NCBI GenBank assembly: GCA_015232575.1
Contig: JADFZL010000026.1
Span: 13,688-77,687 of the forward strand
Source: Candidatus Rifleibacteriota bacterium
GTDB lineage: Bacteria; Muiribacteriota; Ozemobacteria; Ozemobacterales; Ozemobacteraceae
Direction of reading: 5' to 3'
DNA length: 64,000 nt
Position 1 is the first letter of the stretch; each line of letters starts with the position of its first letter. The notes beneath the pieces were generated by a model, which saw nothing but the letters and a program-made list of their open reading frames with translations, ran no database searches and was not told the DNA's origin. The position numbers and the translations under genes were made by a program. Shown piece after piece: positions 37,475-47,258 of this stretch.

Positions 37475-40091
37475 ACTGAATAACACGATTGATGATGCTG
37501 ATAAGGGGCTCACGCCTCTTATGCAGCAGTTTTTCGAAATAAAATCCCGGCATCCCGGTGCATTACTTCTTTTCAGATGCGGAGACTTTTATGAAACCTT
37601 CTTTGAGGACGCTGTAACAGCATCAAAAGAGCTTTCCATAACTCTTACTGCAAGAGGCAAACATAAAGGAACACCAGTACCTCTTGCAGGCGTTCCGTAT
37701 CACAGCATTTCAGGACATATTGCAAAGCTGGTCAAAAAGGGTCTTACCGTCGCAATATGTGAGCAGCTTGAAAATCCAAAAAATGCCAAAGGAATCGTCA
37801 AAAGAGATGTCGTAAGAATAATTACTCCGGGAACTCTTTCTGACCCGCAGTTTTTAGATGAAAATGCAAATAATTACCTGGTATCGCTTTCTGTCAAAGC
37901 TGGAAAATTCTTTCTCGCAGCAGCCGAACTTTCAACTGGAGAACTCATAACAACAACCGGTGATGCTGATGAAATGAGGCTTCTATCTGACGAGTTCACC
38001 AGATTGAATCCAAGCGAAATCCTTATAATGGAAGGCACTGCAGAAGAATTTCTGCCTGGCACAATTCCATGGAAACACCTTAAATGCCAGGTTCATGCCA
38101 AAAAAACATCTGAAAATGAGTCAGTTTCAACTTTATGCGAAATATTCAAATCAGAGCCTAAAGCTCGTTTTTTGTCAATGTCGCCCCTGGAATTGAGGAC
38201 CCTTGCAATTCTGGGAGACTATCTTCTTGAAACACAGAAGTGCTCGCTGAATCATTTATCTTTTCCGGTTCCATATAAAATCGGTGATGGCATGGTTCTT
38301 GATGAGGCAACATTACGAAATCTTGAACTGCTGCCAGAAGGAAGACAGAGCGGATTAGGCGGAACACTATTTGAAGTTTTGAACAGAACAAAAACTTCAA
38401 TGGGAGCAAGGTTTTTCAAAAGGTGGCTGGTTAAGCCGCTCATTAACGTTGAAAACATTTTAATTCGACAGAAAAAGATATCTTTTCTTTTTGAAAATTC
38501 GCTTCTTCTCGAAGAAATTCGGGAAACACTTGACAGAATGCCAGATTTAGAGCGTATTTTGGCAAAAATAGTACTTGGCGGTAGAAATCCGAGAGATTTT
38601 ATTGCCCTCGGACAAGGACTCGGAAAACTTCCCAGATTGCGTGAATTGCTTGAAAACTCTATTTTCAGTGAATTTCTTTCTGACATTTCTCTTTCAGATG
38701 AGCTTTCGCATAAAATCATCGGAACAATTGATCAGAATCCGCCTGTAAATATTTCTGACGGCGGAGTTATTGCAACCGGAATAAACTCTGGTCTTGACGA
38801 TCTCAGAAGGCTTATGAGCGACGGCGATTCCTGGCTGAGAGAGTATGAAGAAAAAGAAAGAGAAAGAACTGGTCTGAAAACTCTTAAAGTCAGAAAGAAC
38901 AGTGTCTTTGGATATTTCATTGAAATATCCAAAAGTATGGCAGAAAAGGCTCCTGTAGAGTATGTAAGAAAACAGACTCTTGTTAATGGAGAACGCTATA
39001 TTACTGCAGAATTGAAAGATTATGAGACTAAAGTTTTTTCTGCATCCGAAAGAGCCGTTCAAATAGAAAAAGAAATATTTGAACAACTTGCAGAAGCCAT
39101 TAAGGAAAGTGTAAAACCTCTTCAAAAAGCTGCAAACAGAATCGCTGAGCTTGATACGATCTGTTCCCTTGCCAGAATTGCTCTTGAAAAAAGATATGTT
39201 AAGCCTGAAATATCAAATGATTCAGGATTAAAAATCATAAAAGGAAGACATCCTGTTGTTGAAGCCTTCCTTGGGCCGGGACAATTTATTTCAAATAGTC
39301 TGGTACTGGACGACAAAAAAAAACAGGCGATAATAACAGGCCCTAACATGGCAGGAAAGTCAACTTTTCTAAGGCAGAACGCTCTAATTATTCTTCTGGC
39401 ACAAATAGGTTCTTATGTTCCGGCAGAGTCGGCGAAAATTGGAATTGTTGACCGAATTTTCACACGTGTAGGTGCCTTTGATAACCTCATTCGCGGACAG
39501 TCAACCTTTATGGTTGAAATGATGGAAACGGCTACAATTTTAAAAAATGCCTCTGAGAGCAGCTTTCTTATTCTTGATGAAATCGGCAGGGGAACTTCAA
39601 CGTTTGATGGATTATCTCTTGCGTGGGCGATTCTGGAATACATCGCATCGCATTTTAAAGCGCGTCTGCTTTTTGCGACGCATTATCATGAACTCACCGA
39701 TCTTTCTAATATTCATAAATCTATATTCAATCTGAATGTAGCGGTTGCACACGAAGATATCAAAGGCGACCTGGTTTTTCTGCACGAAATCCATGAGGGC
39801 GCGGCAGACAAATCTTACGGAATTGATGTTGCAAGAATTGCCGGAGTTCCGAAATCTGTAATTGACAGAGCACGGGAAATTCTTTTCGAAATTGAAAAGC
39901 GTGAAGATTGCTCTATCGAAAAAACAACCTCGGCCATCAGAAAAAGAAACAAACCTGTGCCGATACAACTTTCGCTTTTCGCTGCAAATGATGAAATCAT
40001 TGATATTATCAGGAATATTAATATTGATGAAATGACTCCATTGCAAGCCCTGAACCAGCTGAAGAAACTTCAGACAATGGTAGATGAATAA
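37452..40091 (+). CDS. mutS: DNA mismatch repair protein MutS
   Basis: Mismatch-binding N-terminus (LTPLMQQF...GDFYETFFEDA). ABC ATPase (GPNMAGKSTFLRQ; STFMVEMMET; LDEIGRGTST). Confidence 0.9.
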   Translation: MSELNSTELNNTIDDADKGLTPLMQQFFEIKSRHPGALLLFRCGDFYETFFEDAVTASKELSITLTARGKHKGTPVPLAGVPYHSISGHIAKLVKKGLTVAICEQLENPKNAKGIVKRDVVRIITPGTLSDPQFLDENANNYLVSLSVKAGKFFLAAAELSTGELITTTGDADEMRLLSDEFTRLNPSEILIMEGTAEEFLPGTIPWKHLKCQVHAKKTSENESVSTLCEIFKSEPKARFLSMSPLELRTLAILGDYLLETQKCSLNHLSFPVPYKIGDGMVLDEATLRNLELLPEGRQSGLGGTLFEVLNRTKTSMGARFFKRWLVKPLINVENILIRQKKISFLFENSLLLEEIRETLDRMPDLERILAKIVLGGRNPRDFIALGQGLGKLPRLRELLENSIFSEFLSDISLSDELSHKIIGTIDQNPPVNISDGGVIATGINSGLDDLRRLMSDGDSWLREYEEKERERTGLKTLKVRKNSVFGYFIEISKSMAEKAPVEYVRKQTLVNGERYITAELKDYETKVFSASERAVQIEKEIFEQLAEAIKESVKPLQKAANRIAELDTICSLARIALEKRYVKPEISNDSGLKIIKGRHPVVEAFLGPGQFISNSLVLDDKKKQAIITGPNMAGKSTFLRQNALIILLAQIGSYVPAESAKIGIVDRIFTRVGAFDNLIRGQSTFMVEMMETATILKNASESSFLILDEIGRGTSTFDGLSLAWAILEYIASHFKARLLFATHYHELTDLSNIHKSIFNLNVAVAHEDIKGDLVFLHEIHEGAADKSYGIDVARIAGVPKSVIDRAREILFEIEKREDCSIEKTTSAIRKRNKPVPIQLSLFAANDEIIDIIRNINIDEMTPLQALNQLKKLQTMVDE

Positions 40092-40099
40092 AAAAAATT

Positions 40100-40125
40100 T
40101 GAACCTTTAGTTTCACTGAAGCGTA
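40100..40125 (+). promoter_or_regulatory. candidate ECF-type promoter (TGAACC-16-CGTA)
   Basis: Resembles the ECF/SigW-type consensus TGAAAC-N16-CGTA. Lies about 25 nt upstream of the AGGAGA Shine-Dalgarno of the anti-sigma gene. Confidence 0.4.
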
Positions 40126-40149
40126 ATAAATTTCAGGAGAACGAAAAAT

Positions 40150-40716
40150 ATGAATTGTGAAACTATAAAAAATAAATTGTGTGACCCTGAGAATCAATCT
40201 TTAACTCAGAATGAGAAACAGCATATTCAATCCTGTCCGTCATGCAAAAAAACATATAACGCAGAATACAAACTGCTGACGGGGTTTTCGTGCCTGAAAA
40301 GTTACGACTCCTGTCCTCCAAATTTAACCCAGAATATAATGTCCAGATTGAAATCAACACAACCTGCCTCTGAACCTTCAAGCTCAAGTTTTCAATATTC
40401 AGCGATGTCTCTGCCTGTTACTCTTACAATAGTTGGTGTACTCTGCGGAAGTATGTATTTCTATTCAAGCCATGGAAAGCTGAATCTTTCAAAGGGAAAA
40501 CCAGAAGCTCCGCTTACGCAGACCGGTACAGGTTCCGATTTCAGTCTTCAACAAAATATCGAAGAGAAAAATATACAGGCAAAAGCAACCGAAACTGTAA
40601 ATCTCATGAACACTAATGTAAATATTCAACCGCAAACAGGTTTAAAAGTAGGCCAGTCCTCTGAAAAGCACAATGACATAGTAGTACAACCCTCAACGCC
40701 AGTTTCGCCAGAATGA
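40150..40716 (+). CDS. zf-HC2 anti-sigma factor (membrane-spanning)
   Basis: H-x3-C-x2-C (HIQSCPSC) plus an upstream Cys, then a TM helix. Confidence 0.6.
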   Translation: MNCETIKNKLCDPENQSLTQNEKQHIQSCPSCKKTYNAEYKLLTGFSCLKSYDSCPPNLTQNIMSRLKSTQPASEPSSSSFQYSAMSLPVTLTIVGVLCGSMYFYSSHGKLNLSKGKPEAPLTQTGTGSDFSLQQNIEEKNIQAKATETVNLMNTNVNIQPQTGLKVGQSSEKHNDIVVQPSTPVSPE

Positions 40717-40818
40717 TTATATTGAGATATCTTTCATAAATTGATATGATGATATTATGTCAAAAATGAGGTGTTCAATCATAAATAAATATTCAAAAAT
40801 ATATGGGCTGATAATGAA

Positions 40819-41373
40819 ATGACTGATTCAGAAACCGATTATATTATCAGGGCAAAAAAAGGCGATCTCAAAGCATTTGAGCGATTGGTTTCCAGCTATC
40901 AGAAAAAAGTGTTTACCTATCTTTTTCACTTCACTGGTGATCAAAGTAATGCTGAAGATTTGACTCAGGAGACTTTTATTTTATTTTTTCGGAAGATTCA
41001 ACAATATGATGCTTCCAGAGCCCTGTTATCATGGTTGATTACAATAGCAAAAAATATTGCAATTTCATCCTGTCGCAAAAGGAAGCCTGTAACACTTGCT
41101 CCGGAATGTTTTTTATTGATGCCTTCTGAAAAGCGAAATTCACCAGAAGACCAGGCAGAATCGAGGGAACTTGCTCTCGAGGTGCAGAAAGCACTTCAAA
41201 GTCTATCAGAAGAATCAAGGGAAGTATTAATTATGAAATATATTATGGATTTCTCAATAGAAGAAATAGCAAAACACCAGGGAATACCTGCTGGTACGGC
41301 AAAATCCAGACTCTTTAAAGCCAGAAGCGACATCAAAAATATAATTCTGAAGGAAAACGTTTCTGAATCATGA
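40819..41373 (+). CDS. ECF-family RNA polymerase sigma factor
   Basis: Region 2 (FERLVSSYQKKVFTYL...EDLTQETF) and region 4 helix-turn-helix (IEEIAKHQGIPAGTAKSRLFKAR). Confidence 0.8.
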   Translation: MTDSETDYIIRAKKGDLKAFERLVSSYQKKVFTYLFHFTGDQSNAEDLTQETFILFFRKIQQYDASRALLSWLITIAKNIAISSCRKRKPVTLAPECFLLMPSEKRNSPEDQAESRELALEVQKALQSLSEESREVLIMKYIMDFSIEEIAKHQGIPAGTAKSRLFKARSDIKNIILKENVSES

Positions 41374-41545
41374 TTTAATGAATTGTTTGGGCCAAATCTA
41401 AATAAGAATTCGTGGAAATTAAGGGTGATGCACTGGCTGAAGAACTCTTTACCTGCATCTGAGAACACGTAAGTCTTAAATCTATGAAAAAGCGTCATAC
41501 AAATTTGAACACAGGTTGCGCGAACACCAGAAGATGCGTCCCATG

Positions 41546-41630
41546 AGAGCACATAGTGCTCGAACGCTGGGAGTGAGACGGTCGAACTTGTTCGACCGGC
41601 GAGAGGAGGCGCATGCCCCCTCTCTAAAAG
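41546..41630 (+). repeat. X-type conserved intergenic element, copy 2 (GAGCAC-ata-GTGCTC; GGTCGAA-cttg-TTCGACC; GAGAGG-n11-CCTCTC; TCTAAAAG)
   Basis: Aligns with 1894-1975. Stem 2 is extended by compensatory base pairs. Confidence 0.6.
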
Positions 41631-41658
41631 TAAATAAAATAATTTAAAGGAGAGATAT

Positions 41659-42528
41659 ATGAAATTTAGAAACAGGTTTATGTGTGGATTCGTGTGTTTC
41701 GTTTTCGCTGCTGCCCAGATTTTCTCTTCGGGCATATTATTGGCAGAGACTTCAAAGGAAGTCACAGCTGATAACATTACAAATTCAGTTAATGATGCAG
41801 GAAAAACTGTAAATTCAACCAAATCACAGATGGGAAGCGTTCAGAACGAGCTTGACAGCGCAACAAAAAAAGCCCAGGATGCCGATAATGCAGAGGCCCG
41901 CAGGGCTATTGATGACATCAACAAGGCTCAATCCGATATAACAACTGCAAATCAGAACATTGACAAGTTACAGAACCAAATGTCAGGAGTTGGAACTGCT
42001 GCACAATCTGTTGCTAATGGCCTGCAAGCCGTTGGAAACGTAACGAGCCTCAATCAACTTGCAGAAACTCAATCAAAGGTTCAGAAAGGTCTTGTAAAAG
42101 TAGGAAGAGTCCTTCAACAAGTCGGCTCCATGATAAAAACGATTGGAACCGCCTTGATGGCTATCGGACAAGCCCTATCAGCAACAGGGTTTGGTGCAGC
42201 AGCCGGGGCAGCTATGATTGCTGCTGGAAAAGTCATGTATGCAGCCGGTTATGCAATTGAAGTTGTGGGAACTGCCATGGACAAACTCGGTTCTGACGCA
42301 GCAAATGCCGATAAAATTTTTACTACTGGTGCAAATTCATTATTTTCTGCTGCAAAAAATGGTTATGCGCAGGGAAGAGTTGAAGCTGATCAAGTTGCAG
42401 CAAATGCAAAACAAAAAGTTGACAGTGCAAAAACCGCCATTAGTAATGTTTCAAGCTCAGTGTCTCAGGCAACATCCGGAGATCCGGTAATTGTTAATCC
42501 ACCATCTTCACCTTCAAATCCGGAATAG
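41659..42528 (+). CDS. secreted Ala/Gln/Gly-rich alpha-helical protein with Gly/Ala-zipper segment
   Basis: Signal peptide, then low-complexity helical sequence (TGFGAAAGAAMIAAGKVMYAAGYAIEVVG). Confidence 0.6.
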   Translation: MKFRNRFMCGFVCFVFAAAQIFSSGILLAETSKEVTADNITNSVNDAGKTVNSTKSQMGSVQNELDSATKKAQDADNAEARRAIDDINKAQSDITTANQNIDKLQNQMSGVGTAAQSVANGLQAVGNVTSLNQLAETQSKVQKGLVKVGRVLQQVGSMIKTIGTALMAIGQALSATGFGAAAGAAMIAAGKVMYAAGYAIEVVGTAMDKLGSDAANADKIFTTGANSLFSAAKNGYAQGRVEADQVAANAKQKVDSAKTAISNVSSSVSQATSGDPVIVNPPSSPSNPE

Positions 42529-42664
42529 TAGAATAGTTTACCAAGCATCGCCTCAACAAGACAGCCTTTCATCTCCCAGATAGAAACCAAGTATAAGAAA
42601 TTAAGGGAGAGGAAGATTGTGATTGTTGAGGCATGGTTCGTTTAAACAGCGCGAAATTATTTTA

Positions 42665-44521
42665 ATGAAAATTTCTGACAAAATTGCGGCAATGTTAGAT
42701 CAGTTGCCTGGAAAACCTGGTGTTTATATTATGAAGGACAACCAGGGAGATATTATTTACGTCGGAAAGTCTCGAAACCTTAAAAAGCGCGTTTCTTCAT
42801 ATTTCAAGTTGAAGAGCCGCGACAGCAAGACAGTCAGGCTTGTATTAAACATTGAAACATTTGAAATAATTGTTACTTTTAATGAAATTGAAGCTCTGAT
42901 ACTTGAAAACAATCTCATTAAAAAGCATAAACCACGCTACAATGTCAGACTCAAAGACAGTAAGACGCATCCGTATCTGGCAATAACACTGAAAGAAGAG
43001 TTTCCACGAGTAATAAAGGTCAGAAAAGTTTATTACAATGACGGAAACAAATATTTCGGGCCCTTTCCTGATGAGAGCGGCTTAAGATTTGTAATGGACG
43101 TTATCAGCCGTGTTTTTAAGTTGTGTACATGTACTTCGCCGGTCGATTCGAAAAGAAAAAAAAATCACGGATGTCTGAAATATTCAATTGGAACGTGTCT
43201 CGGGCCATGTCTCGATAAAATTTCCAGAAAAGATTATCATGTAAATGTCAAAAGTCTGCTGAAATTTCTAAGCGGCAGAAAGATTCCGAATCTTGAAGAA
43301 ATGAAAAACAGAATGGCTCTTCTTTCTTCTGAATACCGTTTTGAGGAAGCCGCTGTTCTGAGAGACACTATTTCTGCACTTGAAGGATTCTTTACAAGAC
43401 AGAAAGTTGAAATGCAGAAACCCTATAACAATGATTTCTGGGGAATTGCGGAATCAAAAAATCATATTGTCGTTTCAGTTTTCTTTCTGCGTGGCGGAAA
43501 ACTGCTGGGCAACAGAACAATTCCGTTTGAAAGAAACACTGATGATTCAACAGAGAAAATAATCGGAAATCTGATGTGTCAATTTTACAGCACTAATTTG
43601 ATTCCACCAGCTATTATTATGAATAAAAAACCTTTCCCATTCGATGCAATTCTCGGTTTTCTGAGGAATAAATCATCAAAAGAAATCAGAATTGTACAAA
43701 TAAAAAAAGGCAGCAGAAAAAAACTCCTTGAAATGGCCGAGGAAAATGCTCTTGAATCAATGCGAAACATTGAATCAACAACAGAAGTCAAATTATCTGC
43801 CGGTGTCATTGATCTTGAAAAGCAACTGAATCTGCCAAAAGTTCCAATGAGAATTGAATGCATTGATATTTCACATAACCATGGTGAAGACTGCGTTGCA
43901 TCGCTGGTCGTTTTCTCGAATGGAGAACCAAGAAAAAGCGACTACAGAAAATATTATATACGCAATACTACTGGAATTGATGATCCGGCATCGATTAATG
44001 AAGTCGTTGATCGAAGACTGAAAAGACTTATTAAAGAAAAACAGAGCTTTCCTGATCTTCTGATTGTCGATGGTGGCGCTGGTCAGGTCAGTGCAGCCAG
44101 AAAAGCATTGCTTGAAAACAATGTCAACATACCACTTTTTGGACTTGCCAAACGTGAAGAAATTCTTTATTCCATTGAAAAAACACAGATTAAGCTCCCA
44201 ATAACCTCACCCGGAATGAGAATTCTGATCAGATTGAGAGATGAAGCCCACAGATTTGCAAACACTTTTCAGAGAACCTCAAAAATTAAAAGAGTTGTAA
44301 GATCATCGCTGCTTTCTCTTCCGGGGGTCGGCATTAAAACCCTGCAGAAAATCATCTCCGTTTTTGGCTCATTAAATAAAATAAGCACTGTTTCTCTCAA
44401 AGAATTCAGAGAAAGATGTTCTCTGCAGGAAAAAATCGCCGAGCTAATTTATAATACCATTACCCCGCCAGCATCTGACCGGCCTGATAAGCCTGTTCCA
44501 AAAGTTCAGGACGGTCCTTGA
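42665..44521 (+). CDS. uvrC: excinuclease ABC subunit C UvrC
   Basis: GIY-YIG (PGVYIMKDNQGDIIYVGKSRNLKKRVSSYF), UvrBC-interaction and RNaseH-like/HhH C-terminal regions. Confidence 0.85.
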   Translation: MKISDKIAAMLDQLPGKPGVYIMKDNQGDIIYVGKSRNLKKRVSSYFKLKSRDSKTVRLVLNIETFEIIVTFNEIEALILENNLIKKHKPRYNVRLKDSKTHPYLAITLKEEFPRVIKVRKVYYNDGNKYFGPFPDESGLRFVMDVISRVFKLCTCTSPVDSKRKKNHGCLKYSIGTCLGPCLDKISRKDYHVNVKSLLKFLSGRKIPNLEEMKNRMALLSSEYRFEEAAVLRDTISALEGFFTRQKVEMQKPYNNDFWGIAESKNHIVVSVFFLRGGKLLGNRTIPFERNTDDSTEKIIGNLMCQFYSTNLIPPAIIMNKKPFPFDAILGFLRNKSSKEIRIVQIKKGSRKKLLEMAEENALESMRNIESTTEVKLSAGVIDLEKQLNLPKVPMRIECIDISHNHGEDCVASLVVFSNGEPRKSDYRKYYIRNTTGIDDPASINEVVDRRLKRLIKEKQSFPDLLIVDGGAGQVSAARKALLENNVNIPLFGLAKREEILYSIEKTQIKLPITSPGMRILIRLRDEAHRFANTFQRTSKIKRVVRSSLLSLPGVGIKTLQKIISVFGSLNKISTVSLKEFRERCSLQEKIAELIYNTITPPASDRPDKPVPKVQDGP

Positions 44522-45017
44522 CCATGCCCAGCTTAGTCAAACCATTGCCGATAATGATTTTTTTAACATTAAAACCCAGCATCTGCATAGCTTTTGAAAC
44601 AGAAGTGAAATATGGTAGAAAAGCCTTTTCATCAGCATTTCCCTGGCTGAAGATAAAGATGCAGTCTTTTCCTTCTCCCAGGCGGTGTGTGAAATCATCA
44701 TTTAAATAACAGAAGAATCTGTCTATCAGAAGTTTCATCTGTCCGGTCATTTCAAACATATATACTGGAGTTCCAAAGATAATTCCATCGCAATCAGGAA
44801 TATCTTCAAGAATCTGTCTTGCATCATCCTTAACGGCACACCAGCGAGTTTTTCTGCATGACATGCACGCCTGGCAGCCTTTCAAAACAAGTGAATTCAG
44901 ATAGAATTCTCTTACATCTGCTTTTTTGGATACTGCTCCCTGAATTGCACGATTTACAAGGATAGAAGTGTTTCCATTTTTGTTCGGACTACCAAGAAAA
45001 GAAATTATTTTTTTCAT
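44460..45017 (-). CDS. flavodoxin-like NAD(P)H-dependent FMN reductase / iron-sulfur flavoprotein family
   Basis: KKIISFLGSPNKNGNTS...CQAC..C..C...GIIFGTPVY. Convergent 3' overlap with uvrC. Confidence 0.65.
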   Translation of the reverse strand: MKKIISFLGSPNKNGNTSILVNRAIQGAVSKKADVREFYLNSLVLKGCQACMSCRKTRWCAVKDDARQILEDIPDCDGIIFGTPVYMFEMTGQMKLLIDRFFCYLNDDFTHRLGEGKDCIFIFSQGNADEKAFLPYFTSVSKAMQMLGFNVKKIIIGNGLTKLGMVKDRPELLEQAYQAGQMLAG

Positions 45018-45111
45018 TTTGCCCTCCGGCACTTTTTCCGTTATTATATCATTGTTATATAATACGATTGCAAAAAAAGAAATTGAAGCAATAATAAATT
45101 AAGGAGAATTT

Positions 45112-46980
45112 ATGGAAAACAACACTTCCCTGATTAAAGAATTAAAACACAGAGCCGCCAGGATAAGATGCATGTCGATGAAGTCAACTTCAGAAGCTGG
45201 TTCGGGACATCCGACGTCATGTCTTTCAGTAGCAGATATTCTATCGGTTCTCTTTTTCAAGGTCATGAAATATGATCCGAAAAACCCTGCTTCTAATGCG
45301 AATGACAGACTTGTCCTGTCAAAGGGACATGCTGCACCGGCGTTGTATGCTGCCTGGGCAGAAGCTGGTTATATGAAGGAAGAAGATGTTTATACGCTGA
45401 GAAAAATGAACTCAGATATTGAAGGACACCCGATGCCTTGTCTGCCCTTTGTTGACGTTGCCACCGGATCACTTGGTCAGGGTCTGTCGGTCGGCCTCGG
45501 AGTTTCTATTTTTCAAAGCAGTGTTCTTAAAGGCGATCAGAGAACTTACGTAATACTCGGTGATGGCGAATTAGCTGAAGGTTCTGTCTGGGAATCATTT
45601 TCTCTGGCAGCTAAACTGAAAACTGAAAATCTAGTGGCAATTATTGACGTAAACCGTCTCGGACAAAGCAGAGAAACGATGCATGGACACGATCTTACAA
45701 GTTATGCAAAGAAAATTGAAGCTTTTGGCTGGGAAGCCTACGTGATTGACGGGCATAATATTTCAGAAATTATTCAGGCTTTTGAAAAAGCTCTGAAAGT
45801 TCATGGAAAGCCAGCATGTATTATTGCAAAAACATTCAAGGGCAAAGGTGTATCTTTCATGGAAAATTCAGACGGCTGGCATGGAAAACCTCTGAAAAAA
45901 GGTGATGAACTTCAGAAGGCACTTCTCGAAGTTGAACCTGATCTTATGAAATCGCCACCGGCTCCTGCCATCTCAGTTCCTCAGCAGCCAAAAGTAAAAG
46001 TTACATTCGACAAAAAAACTCCTGTTGTACTACCGAAAATTCTACCTCCGTTCGAAGATGGAAAAAGTTTTGCTACCAGACAGGCGGTTGGCAAAGCCCT
46101 TGTCGCACTTGGAGAAAGCGATAGCAGAGTGTGGGTAATTGACGGAGACACTGGCAATTCAACTTATGCAGATGAATTTGGTGTGAAATTTCCTGAAAGA
46201 TTTGTTGAATGTTATATTGCTGAACAAAACATGGCTGGCATCTCAGCCGGGCTGGCATCCAGAGGGGCAATTCCTTTTGCGGTAACATTTGGAGCATTCT
46301 GGAGCAGAGCTTTTGACCAGATAAGAATGGCGGCACTTTCAGGCCTGAATGTAAAGATTCTTGGAACACACGCCGGAATTTCAATCGGTGAAGACGGACC
46401 ATCGCAGATGGCACTTGAAGATCTGGCTTCGTTCAGAACTCTTCAAAACAGTGCTGTGTATTATCCATCAGATGCAATATCTGCTTATTACTGCATTCTG
46501 AATCTTGCTGCACACAATGGTCCTGGTTATGTAAGGCTTTCAAGAATGGCAACTCCGATGCTTTACAAAAAAGACGAAGTGTTTCCAGCTGGCGGATTAA
46601 AAGTTCTTAACAAATGTGATTCTCCAAAACTTACCGTTATTACAAGCGGTGTAATAATTCATGAAGCATTGAAAGCAATCAAATCAGCGGGCAGCGATTC
46701 CCAGGTTCAGCTTGTTGACCTGTATTGTCTGAAACCATTTCCAAAAGAAGAGATTCGAAAACTTATCTCTAAGAGCAACGGTGCTGTAGCAGTATTCGAA
46801 GAACATGCTCCGGAAGGCGGAATTGGCGAAGCGGTAATGTCTGCTGCTGCGGGTGAAATAAAGAAAATGACGCATGTAGCCGTGAACAAAGTCCCAAGAT
46901 CTGGAACACCAAATGAGTTACTTGATTCATTCGGACTTTCTTCTGAAAAGATTGCTGCGACGATAAAAAGCCTGATTTGA
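45112..46980 (+). CDS. tkt: transketolase
   Basis: TPP-binding N-terminus (GSGHPTSCLS...LSKGHAAPALYA...GSLGQGL), Pyr and C-terminal domains in one 622-aa chain. Confidence 0.8.
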   Translation: MENNTSLIKELKHRAARIRCMSMKSTSEAGSGHPTSCLSVADILSVLFFKVMKYDPKNPASNANDRLVLSKGHAAPALYAAWAEAGYMKEEDVYTLRKMNSDIEGHPMPCLPFVDVATGSLGQGLSVGLGVSIFQSSVLKGDQRTYVILGDGELAEGSVWESFSLAAKLKTENLVAIIDVNRLGQSRETMHGHDLTSYAKKIEAFGWEAYVIDGHNISEIIQAFEKALKVHGKPACIIAKTFKGKGVSFMENSDGWHGKPLKKGDELQKALLEVEPDLMKSPPAPAISVPQQPKVKVTFDKKTPVVLPKILPPFEDGKSFATRQAVGKALVALGESDSRVWVIDGDTGNSTYADEFGVKFPERFVECYIAEQNMAGISAGLASRGAIPFAVTFGAFWSRAFDQIRMAALSGLNVKILGTHAGISIGEDGPSQMALEDLASFRTLQNSAVYYPSDAISAYYCILNLAAHNGPGYVRLSRMATPMLYKKDEVFPAGGLKVLNKCDSPKLTVITSGVIIHEALKAIKSAGSDSQVQLVDLYCLKPFPKEEIRKLISKSNGAVAVFEEHAPEGGIGEAVMSAAAGEIKKMTHVAVNKVPRSGTPNELLDSFGLSSEKIAATIKSLI

Positions 46981-47106
46981 AAAATAGAACCTGGGGTTTA
47001 ACCACGGAAAACACGGAATTTAAACTTGAAAATTATTTGTACCTATCCAATAAATGGTGTATTATCTTCCCCGAATTATTGAGAAGATACGAATATTTGT
47101 AAGTTG

Positions 47107-47185
47107 ACAACTTTGCTGTCTTTTCGACCGAAGGGAGAAATCCTGCTTTTATAAGATCTCTCACATTCGTTCGAGATGACAGCTT
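47107..47185 (-). repeat. Y-type conserved intergenic element, copy 3 (inverted orientation)
   Basis: The reverse complement reads CTGTCATCTCGAACGAATGTGAGAGATCTTATAAAAGCAGGATTTCTCCCTTCGGTCGAAAAGAC. Confidence 0.6.
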
Positions 47186-47258
47186 AATTCAAGGTTAACA
47201 GGCAAATTTGACCGCTTTATTTGAAACTGACTACTGAATAGATAAGGCAGGGTAAGCG

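Noticed and set aside
41546-41630. tRNA or tRNA fragment in the GC-rich X elements
   Set aside because: No cloverleaf, no T-loop GTTCRANYC consensus, and the length is inconsistent.
45112-46980. Transketolase as fused split N/C subunits or truncated
   Set aside because: 622 aa with contiguous TPP, Pyr and C-terminal domains is within the normal single-chain range. Nothing unusual is visible.
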